Positions 30,257 through 40,029 of a DNA stretch of 64,000 nt are shown in pieces (the first letter of the stretch is position 1; every line of letters begins with the position of its first letter). Made by a program: the position numbers and the translations under genes. Source of the stretch: Candidatus Wirthbacteria bacterium. Its GTDB lineage: Bacteria > Patescibacteriota > CG2-30-54-11. The stretch lies in assembly GCA_903889905.1 (NCBI GenBank), contig CAISZI010000040.1, forward strand, positions 64,148 to 128,147, read 5' to 3'. The notes under the pieces were generated by a model. The model did no database searches. It was not told the origin of the DNA and saw nothing but the letters and a program-made list of their open reading frames with translations.

Positions 30257-30727
30257 ATGAAAGCATGGCGATTAATACTAGGCGGAATAGTAATACTGCT
30301 CGTGGCAGGAGTGGGTATTTATTTCCTCTTACAGCAAAACAAGACCCGGTCGTCTCCAACTGCGAATAATGGCGTGCAAGGTTCATGGACATGGAATTTT
30401 AACGATGTTGAGTACACCAGTGAATGTAAGCAGGAGACTGGCTTGACGCAAACGGCAACGATCAGCATGGCGGCAACGGTCACTTACTCCAGCGACGCTG
30501 TGTTTGATGTCAGTGCCAAACTTAGTGGTGAGGCAACCGCGATTGGCCAATTACATTATTTGAAAAATACCGACAATTACAACTTTTCATTGCTCAGTGG
30601 CAATACCAATTATTTCGGCCAACTCAAGCAAAATGAGACGCGGTTGGAAGGGACTTTTTTTGCCACGGTCAGTTCGGGTAACTGCCGTTTAAATGGAACC
30701 ATTGTCGGAGTGCCGCGTGCCAAGTAA
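30257..30727 (+). CDS. Membrane-anchored hypothetical protein
   Basis: ORF 30242-30727, with the likely start at MKAWRLILGGIVILLVAGVGIYFLL (a TM helix). No recognisable domain. Confidence 0.4.
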   Translation: MKAWRLILGGIVILLVAGVGIYFLLQQNKTRSSPTANNGVQGSWTWNFNDVEYTSECKQETGLTQTATISMAATVTYSSDAVFDVSAKLSGEATAIGQLHYLKNTDNYNFSLLSGNTNYFGQLKQNETRLEGTFFATVSSGNCRLNGTIVGVPRAK

Positions 30728-31646
30728 TCTGCCGCAACCATCGCCACGACGACAGCTTCTGGTCGTTGTCGGGCCTACTGCCTGCGGCAAAACACAATTG
30801 GGAATTGAGTTGGCGCGTACTTATGGCACAGAAGTAATCTGTGCGGATTCTCGCACCGTCTACAAGGGCATGAACATTGGTACGGCCAAACCAGAAGGCA
30901 GTCACAGTCGTGGCGCACTGGTGGTGGAGGGCATTCGGCACTGGGGCATGGATCTGGTTACACCAGACCAGCCTTTTACCATGGTGGATTTTCAGCAGGT
31001 CGCCAAAACAAAACTTGAGGAACTCTGGCAGCGAGGGAAATTGCCGATCATGGTGGGTGGCACAGGGCTTTACATCCGCGCGGTGATCGACGGGCTGATG
31101 GCGCCAGGCGTGCAGACCAATTTGGCGGTACGGGCGCAGTTGGAGCAGAAATCCACACCCGAGCTGGCGCTGCAACTTAAAATGACGGATCCCCAAAGTT
31201 ATCAGTATATTGATGTACATAATCGCCGCCGCCTGATTCGCGCGCTGGAGGTCTCGGTTGAGAGTGAGGCGTCTTTTTGGGAGCAACGCAAAGCCGAACC
31301 GCTCGAGGCGGATATTTTGCAGATCGGCATTGAAGTTGACCGCAAACTGCTTTATGAACGCATCAATAAACGCGTGGATGACATGATTGCACGTGGCCTG
31401 GAACACGAAGTCCAGGAACTCGCCAATACTTATGGTTGGGATTGCAAGGCGCTGGATGGTATTGGCTACCGGCAGATGAAGTCCCATCTGAGCAGTCAAA
31501 TGCCGCTCCCGGAGGCATTGGAGCTGATCAAACGCGATACCAGACGTTATGCCAAACGTCAGTTGACGTGGTTTGGCAAAGACGAACGGATTCAATGGAT
31601 GCCGGCGGAAAATATTGCCGGGGTCGTCGCGAATTGGGCGGAGTAA
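30717..31646 (+). CDS. miaA: tRNA dimethylallyltransferase
   Basis: LLVVVGPTACGKTQLGIELA is the P-loop and ADSRTVYKGMNIGTAKP is the MiaA motif. The probable GTG start at 30717 overlaps the previous gene. Confidence 0.85.
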   Translation: MPSNLPQPSPRRQLLVVVGPTACGKTQLGIELARTYGTEVICADSRTVYKGMNIGTAKPEGSHSRGALVVEGIRHWGMDLVTPDQPFTMVDFQQVAKTKLEELWQRGKLPIMVGGTGLYIRAVIDGLMAPGVQTNLAVRAQLEQKSTPELALQLKMTDPQSYQYIDVHNRRRLIRALEVSVESEASFWEQRKAEPLEADILQIGIEVDRKLLYERINKRVDDMIARGLEHEVQELANTYGWDCKALDGIGYRQMKSHLSSQMPLPEALELIKRDTRRYAKRQLTWFGKDERIQWMPAENIAGVVANWAE

Positions 31647-31661
31647 ATCCTGTTCGTATTT

Positions 31662-31690
31662 TTGTCATCCCATCAAGATTCCAGTACAAT
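31662..31690 (+). promoter_or_regulatory. Sigma70-like promoter upstream of nrdR
   Basis: TTGTCA, a 17-nt spacer, then TACAAT; 28 nt before ATG 31718. Confidence 0.5.
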
Positions 31691-31717
31691 CATCGTGTTA
31701 ATCCAAGGGAGGAAGGC

Positions 31718-32197
31718 ATGCGTTGTCCCAGTTGCAGTCATCCAGATACCAAAGTTGTGGATTCCAGAGATCTGGAAGAAGAAATTTCCATTCGCAGACG
31801 TCGTGAATGCATCAAGTGTGGCTATCGCTTTACCACGTTTGAACGCGTTGAAATGGCCAATCTGGTTGTGATCAAAAAAGACAAACGGCGAGAACCCTAC
31901 CTGCGTGAAAAAATGGAAAAAGGGATTTTGCGCGCTGCCGAAAAGCGTCCAATCACATCAGAAACCATTAATGAACTGATCACGCACATTGAGTCCGAGC
32001 TGCGGGGTATGTCGACCAATGAGCTTACCAGCAAGCAGATTGGCGCCATTGTCATGAAGCACCTCAAAAAAATCGACAAAGTCGCCTATATCCGTTATGC
32101 CTCGGTATATAAGGAATTCGAAGATCTGGACTCGCTGGAGGAAGAGTTGCACAAACTCCTGCGTCAACGCAAGGAAAAAAATCCCAGGGCTATTTAG
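31718..32197 (+). CDS. nrdR: Transcriptional repressor NrdR (zinc ribbon plus ATP-cone)
   Basis: MRCPSCSHPDTKVVDSRD...CIKCGYRFTTFERVE is the NrdR N-terminus. It is embedded in the longer ORF 31436-32197. Confidence 0.9.
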   Translation: MRCPSCSHPDTKVVDSRDLEEEISIRRRRECIKCGYRFTTFERVEMANLVVIKKDKRREPYLREKMEKGILRAAEKRPITSETINELITHIESELRGMSTNELTSKQIGAIVMKHLKKIDKVAYIRYASVYKEFEDLDSLEEELHKLLRQRKEKNPRAI

Positions 32198-33284
32198 TTG
32201 CTTTGAGTTTAGTCTCCAGTCCGGTGATTTTGTCCAGAAAATCCTGGTATCCAAACCAGCGATACTGGCTGTAGAAATTATCAAACATGAACAGGTCTTT
32301 GGTACCGATCACCATGTAGATCAGCGCTTTGTGGTCGGGAAGTGCACTGTCTGGAATTTGGATGCTGCTTAAATCCGACAGTTTTCCTTTGTCTTCACCC
32401 GTTTGCGGTTCCATCAGGTAACTGTGTTGTAAAAAAGTGACAATATTTGCTGAGTTTGTCAGCGGCGTGGACGAAAATCCCATCAAACAATGGCCAACAA
32501 GATTGGTTGCTTTGGCTTTGGCATCCACCAAATCGCCTGGCAAAGTACCGCAAACCACGGCGTGATAGCCAATCGCAGTGTCCATGGCGACACTCTGTGT
32601 GTTGGGTGAAACAACGTCTCCGGCAAACGTGACAGGGGTATCCGTACCGGGATGTTTTTGTAACGCTTCGTATGAAATGTTTGTAGCTTTGTGCTGGCGG
32701 CAATAGTTCTCGGCATTGTTGAGTTCAGCATTAAAAAGCAGTGAAAAGTCTTCGCAGTCGCCCGCTTTGCGTTGCAGAAAAGCGGCAATGTCCTGGAGCT
32801 GGTCAGTACGGTTTAGGTTGGCCTGATCAGTTTTGTAAATAAAACCCGCCTGCTGATTTTGGTAAGTGAGACATTCGAGCTTGATGGCACAGTCATTACC
32901 CTGAACCTGGACACAGTTTACGGTAATGGACTGGTTGAGTTTGGTAAAAGTGGGTTTGCCAGCAGTCGTCGCGTTGTTTTGAAACCATTTGAGGGCGTCG
33001 CTGATCTGGTTTTGATACTGGTCCAAAGTGGAAAAAGTGCTTTGGATATCCTTGGATAATGTCGCGTTCTGCTGGTTGAGGGAGGCGTTGGCGTCGTCGA
33101 CTTTTTGCAGTTGCAGTTTCATGTCGGTGAGATGCTGGCTGAGCTGCTGCGAGTAATCGTTCAAGGCATAGCCCTGTGCAAGCAGAGGATCAATAATGCC
33201 GCGTTTGGTATAAACGACGAGACCGGCCAGCACCAGGGTGGTGATGGCAAAAATGACCAGGAAGGCGTTGCGAAGATAATTCAT
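32190..33284 (-). CDS. Membrane-anchored coiled-coil protein with a C-terminal transglutaminase-like cysteine-peptidase-fold domain (tentative)
   Basis: The TM helix is FLVIFAITTLVLAGLVVY. There is a Gln/Asn-rich coiled-coil region. KAGDCEDFSLLF ... GYHAVVCG ... DLVD resembles the Cys-His-Asp core of transglutaminase-like domains. The ORF extends to 33332; the internal Met at 33284 is the more likely start. Confidence 0.45.
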   Translation of the reverse strand: MNYLRNAFLVIFAITTLVLAGLVVYTKRGIIDPLLAQGYALNDYSQQLSQHLTDMKLQLQKVDDANASLNQQNATLSKDIQSTFSTLDQYQNQISDALKWFQNNATTAGKPTFTKLNQSITVNCVQVQGNDCAIKLECLTYQNQQAGFIYKTDQANLNRTDQLQDIAAFLQRKAGDCEDFSLLFNAELNNAENYCRQHKATNISYEALQKHPGTDTPVTFAGDVVSPNTQSVAMDTAIGYHAVVCGTLPGDLVDAKAKATNLVGHCLMGFSSTPLTNSANIVTFLQHSYLMEPQTGEDKGKLSDLSSIQIPDSALPDHKALIYMVIGTKDLFMFDNFYSQYRWFGYQDFLDKITGLETKLKATK

Positions 33285-33350
33285 GGAGATCTGGTGACTG
33301 AAAACTAAACGTTGCGGCTGATCGGGATCCACGCTGGGTACGCTGTAGGC

Positions 33351-34727
33351 TTACTTGGCGACTTGTGTACGTTCTTTTTGATGTTTTTCGAGATAATTAT
33401 TGGGAAAGATCAAGATCGCTTCTTTGACCTGCCCACGTTTGACTTGTGAGATTTCAAACATGGTCGAATCGACGGGAATTTTATCAAAAATTAGCGGTGG
33501 CCGATCAAGCTTGTGCAAAATATATTCGGAAACTGTCCATGTCCCGGCCTCAGACGTCATGACTTTGTCTTCGATGATGATCGGAGTTTCTTTGACAAGA
33601 CGGCGCAGTGTCACGCCGCCGCCAACCACGTAAACATTGCCACGGACGTGGATATGCTGGGGCAAATGATCAAATTCGTTGCGAATGTCGCCAACAAGTT
33701 CTTCGAGGATGTCTTCCAGGGTAAGCAGGCCAGTGATCTGGTTGAACTGGTTCTCGACCAGCATGATATGCAGGTCTTCTTCGAGCATACGTTCCAGCAG
33801 CGGTGCAAGTGGTGTCTCGGCCGGAACGGTGGCAATGGGGCGGATGATCTTGTCGATTTTTTGGGCGTGAGGATGTGTTTTTTCAAAATAAAACAGCTCC
33901 CGAGCCGCAATATAACCGTAGACAGTATTGGCATTGGTGGTATTGGTGGCGATCGGGAAGCGTTTGTGGCCTTCTTTGTGAGCCAGGTTGACGAGCTCGT
34001 CGACGGTGGAATTTTTGCCCATCATGCACATGTCGGATCCGGATACCATGACTTCCTTGACCGAGGTGCTCCCCAGGCGAGTCGCACCCAAAATGATTTT
34101 TTCCTCCTGCCTGCCCAGAATTTCTTCAGTTCTGGAAATGGAAGCGAGAGTGCGAATTTCCTGGATCAGCGCCATGGCTTGTTCGTGACTGCTGCCACCC
34201 TTGGGTTTCCATATTTTTTCGACAACGGTGAGGGTCAATTTAACTAACGCTTCAAACAGCTTGGTGATCGGCCTGACAATTTGGGCAAAAACTTTGAGCG
34301 GCGGGGAAAAATACAGGCAAATACTTTCAATAATGCTGTTGTGCTTGAGGGCAAATACTTTGGGGACCAATTCCCCAAAGGTAATCGTGAACAGGCTAAG
34401 TGGAATAACAATGACGATCAGTGAGACAAATGACGCGGTGGAATTATTGACGTGGAAGATGCTCTGGAGCCAGGGTTCGAGTGAGGAACCAGCTTCACTA
34501 CCACCCATGGCACCAGCCAGCAAGCTGCACAGCGTCATGCCGAGTTGCAAAGTCGAGAGTGTCGCTTCGATATGTTGCTTCATATAGACCGCGGCAGCCG
34601 CACCACGGACATTATGCTGTTTGAGCGTTTGCAGGTGCTGTAACTTGACGGAGGTCAGGGCAAGCTCATAAACCGACAGCACAGCGGTCAGAATAACAAT
34701 AAGTGGGATCAAAAGCAGGTTAAGCAT
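33351..34727 (-). CDS. CNNM/CorC/HlyC-family transporter-associated protein (DUF21 + CBS pair + CorC_HlyC)
   Basis: It has N-terminal TM helices, a CBS region and the C-terminal CorC/HlyC transporter-associated domain. Confidence 0.75.
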   Translation of the reverse strand: MLNLLLIPLIVILTAVLSVYELALTSVKLQHLQTLKQHNVRGAAAAVYMKQHIEATLSTLQLGMTLCSLLAGAMGGSEAGSSLEPWLQSIFHVNNSTASFVSLIVIVIPLSLFTITFGELVPKVFALKHNSIIESICLYFSPPLKVFAQIVRPITKLFEALVKLTLTVVEKIWKPKGGSSHEQAMALIQEIRTLASISRTEEILGRQEEKIILGATRLGSTSVKEVMVSGSDMCMMGKNSTVDELVNLAHKEGHKRFPIATNTTNANTVYGYIAARELFYFEKTHPHAQKIDKIIRPIATVPAETPLAPLLERMLEEDLHIMLVENQFNQITGLLTLEDILEELVGDIRNEFDHLPQHIHVRGNVYVVGGGVTLRRLVKETPIIIEDKVMTSEAGTWTVSEYILHKLDRPPLIFDKIPVDSTMFEISQVKRGQVKEAILIFPNNYLEKHQKERTQVAK

Positions 34728-34889
34728 GGCGCTGGATGTGTTTCAGTATTGGTTTTGGGTATGGCGACTTCGTTTAATTATAACAGCAAACGACGATTGG
34801 CTCAAAGGTTATTGAGAAATGTCGTGCAAAAACGGGCAAAAAAGGCCAGCTCGACTAGAGCTGACCTTCATTGGCAAAGAACAAAGAAA

Positions 34890-35453
34890 CTATAATTTCC
34901 CGACCAGGCTGTCACTGGGTTTGATAGTGTCTTCACCGGGGTGCCAGTTGGCTGGGCAGACCTCTCCGGGATGCTCTTCGGTGTACTTGGCGGCTTGCAG
35001 CTTACGCAGGATTTCTTCGGTGTTGCGGCCAATGGAATTGTCATGAATTTCCATGTATTTGAGGTTGCCTTTGGGGTCAATGATAAAGCTGGCACGCTGG
35101 CTGAGGCCATCGGCTTCAATGTAAGTACCGAATTCGCGGCAGATTTTGCCCGTGGGATCGGCTAGCATCGGATATTTGACGCCGCTAAGCATCTTGGAAG
35201 TTTCTTTCCAGGCCAGGTGAACATAGGCGGTATCGGTTGATACGCTCAGGATTTCGGCGCCTTCTTTTTGGAAGTCACCATGAAAGGCGGCGGCTTCGGC
35301 AAGTTCTGTTGGGCAGACAAAGGTGAAGTCGGCTGGATAAAAAAGCAAAACGACCCATTTTCCTTTGTAATCAGTGAGTTTGACGCTGCCGATGGCGTTG
35401 TCTTTGAACGCGGGGGTCTCGAAGTCCGGGACCTGTTGTCCGATGGTAAGCAT
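34890..35453 (-). CDS. Typical 2-Cys peroxiredoxin (AhpC/Prx1 family)
   Basis: DFTFVCPTEL carries the peroxidatic Cys, and GEVCPA carries the resolving Cys. Confidence 0.9.
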   Translation of the reverse strand: MLTIGQQVPDFETPAFKDNAIGSVKLTDYKGKWVVLLFYPADFTFVCPTELAEAAAFHGDFQKEGAEILSVSTDTAYVHLAWKETSKMLSGVKYPMLADPTGKICREFGTYIEADGLSQRASFIIDPKGNLKYMEIHDNSIGRNTEEILRKLQAAKYTEEHPGEVCPANWHPGEDTIKPSDSLVGKL

Positions 35454-35482
35454 GATTACTCCTAAATAGTAATGGATAAAAC

Positions 35483-36085
35483 TTAAGCGGATAGCTTCAA
35501 ATAGTTGTCGATGGCAAGCTTTACCTGTGCCACATCCGCAAATTGGATTGATCTGATGCCGTAACTTTGGGCCTTTTCGACAAAGGGCAATTGGTCATCG
35601 ATAAAAATAATTTGATCTGCTGACAGTGAAAATCGTTCTAAAAAACGAGTAAATATTTCATGATTTGGCTTGATTGCTCCCAATTCACTCGAGTAAGCCC
35701 CAAAATCAAAAAAATCGTCAAGCTTAAATTTTTGACGATGGTAAGCCGCCCGATCAAGTGGACCATTGGATAGGTAGCCAATGCACAAGCCCTGCTCACG
35801 GTATTTCGCCATCATGGCCAACGTGTCTGGCATCAAATCGTAGGCGTCAAAAAAAAGTTGCCGCATGGCGTCGATTTTGTCTGTTTTTAATAGCGCAGCC
35901 AGATTTGCCCAAAAAATGGCGCTATCCATGCCCCCTTCACGGTAAGCATAGGAAAATGGACCTTTGAAAAGCGCAAAAACCATGGCTTGATCTGCCCGCA
36001 GCAGCGCCGCAATCTCAGCACTTGCCTTGGTCAGGCCATTGCTCATCACCACACCGCTGAGATCAAATACCAGGGTTGTAAACAT
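35483..36085 (-). CDS. HAD-superfamily hydrolase
   Basis: MFTTLVFDLSGVVMS is motif I (DxSGV), and YLSNGP and IFIDDQ are further HAD motifs. The ORF extends to 36142; I prefer the start at the internal Met. Confidence 0.6.
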   Translation of the reverse strand: MFTTLVFDLSGVVMSNGLTKASAEIAALLRADQAMVFALFKGPFSYAYREGGMDSAIFWANLAALLKTDKIDAMRQLFFDAYDLMPDTLAMMAKYREQGLCIGYLSNGPLDRAAYHRQKFKLDDFFDFGAYSSELGAIKPNHEIFTRFLERFSLSADQIIFIDDQLPFVEKAQSYGIRSIQFADVAQVKLAIDNYLKLSA

Positions 36086-36143
36086 TTTGACCAGAATTTG
36101 GTTGAAACAAACAGATACTACCAGAAAACGATACCGAGACAAG

Positions 36144-37208
36144 TCATCGGCACTGGGTTTGCATGACTTTTTGCAGCTCCAGCATCAGGTCTCGGACTGG
36201 TTTGGGTAATCCCAAAGCCAATGCGGCCTTCAATCCAAACCAGGTTGTTTCCTTGATCGGAGACGCTTTTGTGAGCTGTACCCGGGTCGGTTGAAGCGTC
36301 AGGTGAAGATGCGTCAGCGTGTGATGTATGGCTGGCAAACTCTCTTTTGTTTGGATAAGTGTGGCACTGATTTGTAAGTCTTTTTCGGGTAAGCTCCAAA
36401 GTCCAGCCCAGATACCTTTGTTTGGCTTTTGCTTTAGTAAAACCTGGTTAGCGTGCCAATAGATAAAGAACCGGATCGATTGGGAGCCTTTGGCTTTTCT
36501 GGTGGCTTTGTAGGGAATTTGGTTCACCTTGTCCAATTTTCGAGCCCGGCAGTGATGTTGAAGCGGGCAGTTTTGGCAGTCAGGCTGACTTCTCCGACAA
36601 ACCGTTGCGCCCAAGTCCATGAGGCCCTGGATATAAATACCGGATTGTTCGGCTGGCATTTCCTTGCTGGCAATTTCCCAAAGTTCCTTTGACACTTCGC
36701 TTGTGCTCAGATCCGCCTGGATGCCAAAGTAGCGCGCGAAGAGGCGTTTGACATTACCATCCAGAATTGGGTAGTTGGCACCAAAAGCAAAATCCGCAAT
36801 GGCACCTGCCGTGGAGCGACCGATGCCAGGCAATTGTAATAGGTCATTAAAGTTGCAGGGGAATTGACCGTGATATTGATCACGGATGATTTGGGCCGCT
36901 TCGTGCAGGTGATGAGCGCGGTGGTAGTAGCCTAATCCGCTCCAAAGTGACAAAACGTCGTCGCGACGTGCGTTTGCCAGCGTCTGCATGGTTGGGAATT
37001 GGCTCAGAAATCGCTGATAATAAGGAATCACCGTGCTTACCTGGGTTTGCTGCAGCATGATTTCAGATAGCCAGATCAGATAAGGATCCGTTGTTTTCTG
37101 CCAAGGCAAATCCTGTCGACCGGATCGTTTTTGGTAAGCAATAACGAGCTCCGCCAGGGTTCGTTGTTTTGCAGGACGCATGTCAATACAATTTGTCAAA
37201 ATCGCCAA
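36144..37208 (-). CDS. mutY: A/G-specific adenine DNA glycosylase MutY
   Basis: It has the HhH-GPD LPGIGRSTAGAI, the 4Fe-4S cluster loop CxxxxxxCxxCPLxxxC (CRRSQPDCQNCPLQHHC), and a C-terminal NUDIX-like domain. Confidence 0.9.
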   Translation of the reverse strand: MAILTNCIDMRPAKQRTLAELVIAYQKRSGRQDLPWQKTTDPYLIWLSEIMLQQTQVSTVIPYYQRFLSQFPTMQTLANARRDDVLSLWSGLGYYHRAHHLHEAAQIIRDQYHGQFPCNFNDLLQLPGIGRSTAGAIADFAFGANYPILDGNVKRLFARYFGIQADLSTSEVSKELWEIASKEMPAEQSGIYIQGLMDLGATVCRRSQPDCQNCPLQHHCRARKLDKVNQIPYKATRKAKGSQSIRFFIYWHANQVLLKQKPNKGIWAGLWSLPEKDLQISATLIQTKESLPAIHHTLTHLHLTLQPTRVQLTKASPIKETTWFGLKAALALGLPKPVRDLMLELQKVMQTQCR

Positions 37209-37226
37209 AGTAATTCCGCGTGGCTA

Positions 37227-37832
37227 TCAGGCTTTTTGTAGCTGTTGGCTTACAAACGACCAGTTGATCACGTTGTACCAGGCTGCGATGTAGTCGGGGC
37301 GGCGATTCTGGTATTTGAGGTAATAGGAATGTTCCCAGACATCCAGGCCCAGCAGTGGCTTTTTACCAGTGGAAAGTGGATTGCCTTCGTTGGACATGGC
37401 GTGCACGATCAATTTGCCATTTTCGGCGCTCAGCCAGGCCCAGCCACTGCCAAACTGTCCCAGAGCGGCTTTGGTAAAGTGTTCCTTGAATGAGGCGAAA
37501 CTGCCAAATGCAGTTGTGATTGCTTCACCTATAATTCCTGTGGGTTCGCCACCAGCCTGAGGTGCCATCATTTGCCAGAAGAGTGCATGGTTGAGGTGCT
37601 GGCTTCCATTATTGCGCACGGCACCGCGAATGTCTTCGGGAATTTTATCGAGGTCTTGAACTAGCTCCTCAATCGATTTACCATTGAAGTCCGGGTATTT
37701 ACTCATGGCATCATTGAGTTTGGTGATGTAAGTCTGGTGGTGTTTGTCGTGGTGGAGTTGCATGGTTTGCGCGTCAAGATAAGGCTCGAGTGCATCATAG
37801 GCGTAGGGAAGAGGAGCTAGTTCGTAAGCCAT
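37227..37832 (-). CDS. sodA: Fe/Mn superoxide dismutase
   Basis: YAYDALEPYLDAQTMQLHHDKHHQTY and DVWEHSYY are the Fe/Mn-SOD signatures. Confidence 0.92.
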   Translation of the reverse strand: MAYELAPLPYAYDALEPYLDAQTMQLHHDKHHQTYITKLNDAMSKYPDFNGKSIEELVQDLDKIPEDIRGAVRNNGSQHLNHALFWQMMAPQAGGEPTGIIGEAITTAFGSFASFKEHFTKAALGQFGSGWAWLSAENGKLIVHAMSNEGNPLSTGKKPLLGLDVWEHSYYLKYQNRRPDYIAAWYNVINWSFVSQQLQKA

Positions 37833-37918
37833 TTCAGGCCTTTCTTTTAGGTATTAACTAAGACTGAATCTGTTTGAATTTTAACAGGTTCAGCAGGCAA
37901 TGTAAAGTAGTTTACAAG

Positions 37919-38608
37919 TTAATGATTGACAGATTGACAATGCAAAATAGTCAAGTCGGGATGCCGCAGAATTGCCTTGGCGGGAAGTTCGGTTGTTGTC
38001 TGAGAGCCGTGCAGCAAGGCATCCAAAATTGGCTGTTTGTCAGCACCACGCAGCAGCAAGAGCAGTTTGCGACTGGCCAAAATCATGGGCAAAGTGATGG
38101 TCAGGCGATCGCGTCTGGCAAAACGGTCAGTAGTGGTGTGCGCAGTAAGTCTACGGGTTTCGGATAAAGCAGCTGAACTCGGGAAAAGCGAAGCAATGTG
38201 GCCATCCGGTCCCATGCCCAGAATACAAAGGTCAAAAGTCTGGTTGGGAATCTGTTGTAATTTTTGCTCATAGTCGGATACACAGTCCGCAATGGGCAAG
38301 CTTGTATCAAACGCGACAAACCCTTTGGCTTTGCCTTGAAGCGGCAGCCCAAGTGCGGTATTGATCATCTTGAAGTTGCTGTTCGGATGATCACGCGGAA
38401 CATAGCGTTCATCGACTTCGTAAAAAGTAACATTGGAAAAATCAACCGGTTGCTTGGCAAGCAGCGCGTAGATCGCTTTGGGCGTGCTGCCGCCACTTAG
38501 GGCAATGGTGGTTTGAGATTTATTGGATGAGACAATAGCGCCGACCAGCATGACGGCTGCTTGTTCAAATTCCTGCTGGTCCTGAAAAGAAGTAAGTTGG
38601 GGTGACAT
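37919..38608 (-). CDS. pgl: 6-phosphogluconolactonase
   Basis: LSGGSTPKAIY, the DERYVP-like region and IL.MGPDGH..SLFP are the glucosamine-6-P isomerase/6PGL fold motifs. Confidence 0.85.
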   Translation of the reverse strand: MSPQLTSFQDQQEFEQAAVMLVGAIVSSNKSQTTIALSGGSTPKAIYALLAKQPVDFSNVTFYEVDERYVPRDHPNSNFKMINTALGLPLQGKAKGFVAFDTSLPIADCVSDYEQKLQQIPNQTFDLCILGMGPDGHIASLFPSSAALSETRRLTAHTTTDRFARRDRLTITLPMILASRKLLLLLRGADKQPILDALLHGSQTTTELPAKAILRHPDLTILHCQSVNH

Positions 38609-40018
38609 CTAAAATTCAAACCATTCAAAACCATCCTGCTGCGGAAGTCGATCCTGGCTTTGGGGGCCGCGGCTGCCATCTTCGTAGATTTCGGGCATAA
38701 GCTGGGAGGCCTTTTGGTAGGCCAGGATCTGGTCCACCAAACGCCAGGCGGCGATGATTTCTTCGAAACTGACAAACAATCGTTTCTCACCTTTGATCAC
38801 GTCTACCAGGAGCAAGGCATGTTCACTCAGGCAAACGCCGTCGCGGCAGCCGATTGTGTCGGTGGTACGAACCTGTTCGTACTGGCTCTGGATACCGTGT
38901 TTGTTGATCAGACCAAAACTTAGGCGTCCCTGAGGCGCGATTTCAAACAACAAACGATTGGGTTCTTCGTCGGCTTTCTGGTAGGCGAATTTTTTGAGTT
39001 CAATCATCACTGACGTTTCGTCTTTGTTCAGCAACTTGCCGGAGCGTACATAAATCGGCACGTCATGCCAGCTTTCCCGGTCAATGGTGAGGCGAATGGC
39101 AGCAAACGTTTCGGTGTTGGAGCTGGGCGCGACTTTGGCATTGTCGCGGTAGCTGCGGTACTGACCCAGGACAAGGTTTCCGGGCATGGGATCAAAAGAC
39201 AGGGCGGAAAGAATGGCATTTTTTTCGCGGTGCAGGCTGGAGGCGGCTTCGGCGATCGGAATCGACATGGTGATCAAGGCCAACACCTGCAGAATGTGGC
39301 TTTGGATCATGTCCTTGATCGTGCCAACGTGGTCAAAATAACCAATACGGTCACGAATGCTTTCGGGTTCCAATACCGAAATCTGAATGTTGGCAATTTC
39401 GGCTCCCTTCATCATCAGGTTGAGAATGCGGTTGGAGTGACGCAGGTTGAGAATGCTCTGGACGGCGGTCTTGCCCAGGTAATGGTCAAGCGGGTAAATC
39501 TGCGTTTCGGGAAAGGTACTGGCCGTGGAGTGGTAAAGCTCAGTCGCTGATTCCTGGTTGTAGCCAAAGGGTTTTTCGATGACGAGCCGCAGCTGAGCTT
39601 TTTCGGCGGCAAAGGCAACGGCCAGGTTTTGCAAAATTTCTTTATAGGCGACGGGTGGAACTGACAAATAGGCGATTTGAATGGTGTCGGGCAAGTGGGG
39701 AAGTGTTTGGACAAAGTCGTGAAATTGGGCATAGTCTGCGGCCACGTCATAGTTGCCGCTATAGTAATGCACATGCGTGAGCAGATCGGTGAGAAGGTTG
39801 TCTTCGGCTTCGGCAATATGTTCGTGAACGCTGGCGGCAAATTCCTGCTGGAAATCCTCACGCGCTTTGGATGTGCGGGCAAAGCCCACGATGTTGAATG
39901 CGGCAGGGAGCAGCCTATTTTCAAACAATTGGTAAAGCGCAGGGAAGATTTTAAGTCTAGCCAGGTCGCCGGAAGCGCCGAAAACAAAAAAGTTGATCGA
40001 GGCAGGTGTGTTGGACAT
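38609..40018 (-). CDS. zwf: Glucose-6-phosphate 1-dehydrogenase
   Basis: FVFGASGDLARLKIFPALYQL is the NADP-binding motif, IDHYLGK is the active-site motif, and the RIDHYLGKE-like region is present. Confidence 0.92.
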   Translation of the reverse strand: MSNTPASINFFVFGASGDLARLKIFPALYQLFENRLLPAAFNIVGFARTSKAREDFQQEFAASVHEHIAEAEDNLLTDLLTHVHYYSGNYDVAADYAQFHDFVQTLPHLPDTIQIAYLSVPPVAYKEILQNLAVAFAAEKAQLRLVIEKPFGYNQESATELYHSTASTFPETQIYPLDHYLGKTAVQSILNLRHSNRILNLMMKGAEIANIQISVLEPESIRDRIGYFDHVGTIKDMIQSHILQVLALITMSIPIAEAASSLHREKNAILSALSFDPMPGNLVLGQYRSYRDNAKVAPSSNTETFAAIRLTIDRESWHDVPIYVRSGKLLNKDETSVMIELKKFAYQKADEEPNRLLFEIAPQGRLSFGLINKHGIQSQYEQVRTTDTIGCRDGVCLSEHALLLVDVIKGEKRLFVSFEEIIAAWRLVDQILAYQKASQLMPEIYEDGSRGPQSQDRLPQQDGFEWFEF

Positions 40019-40029
40019 AAGTTTACTTC

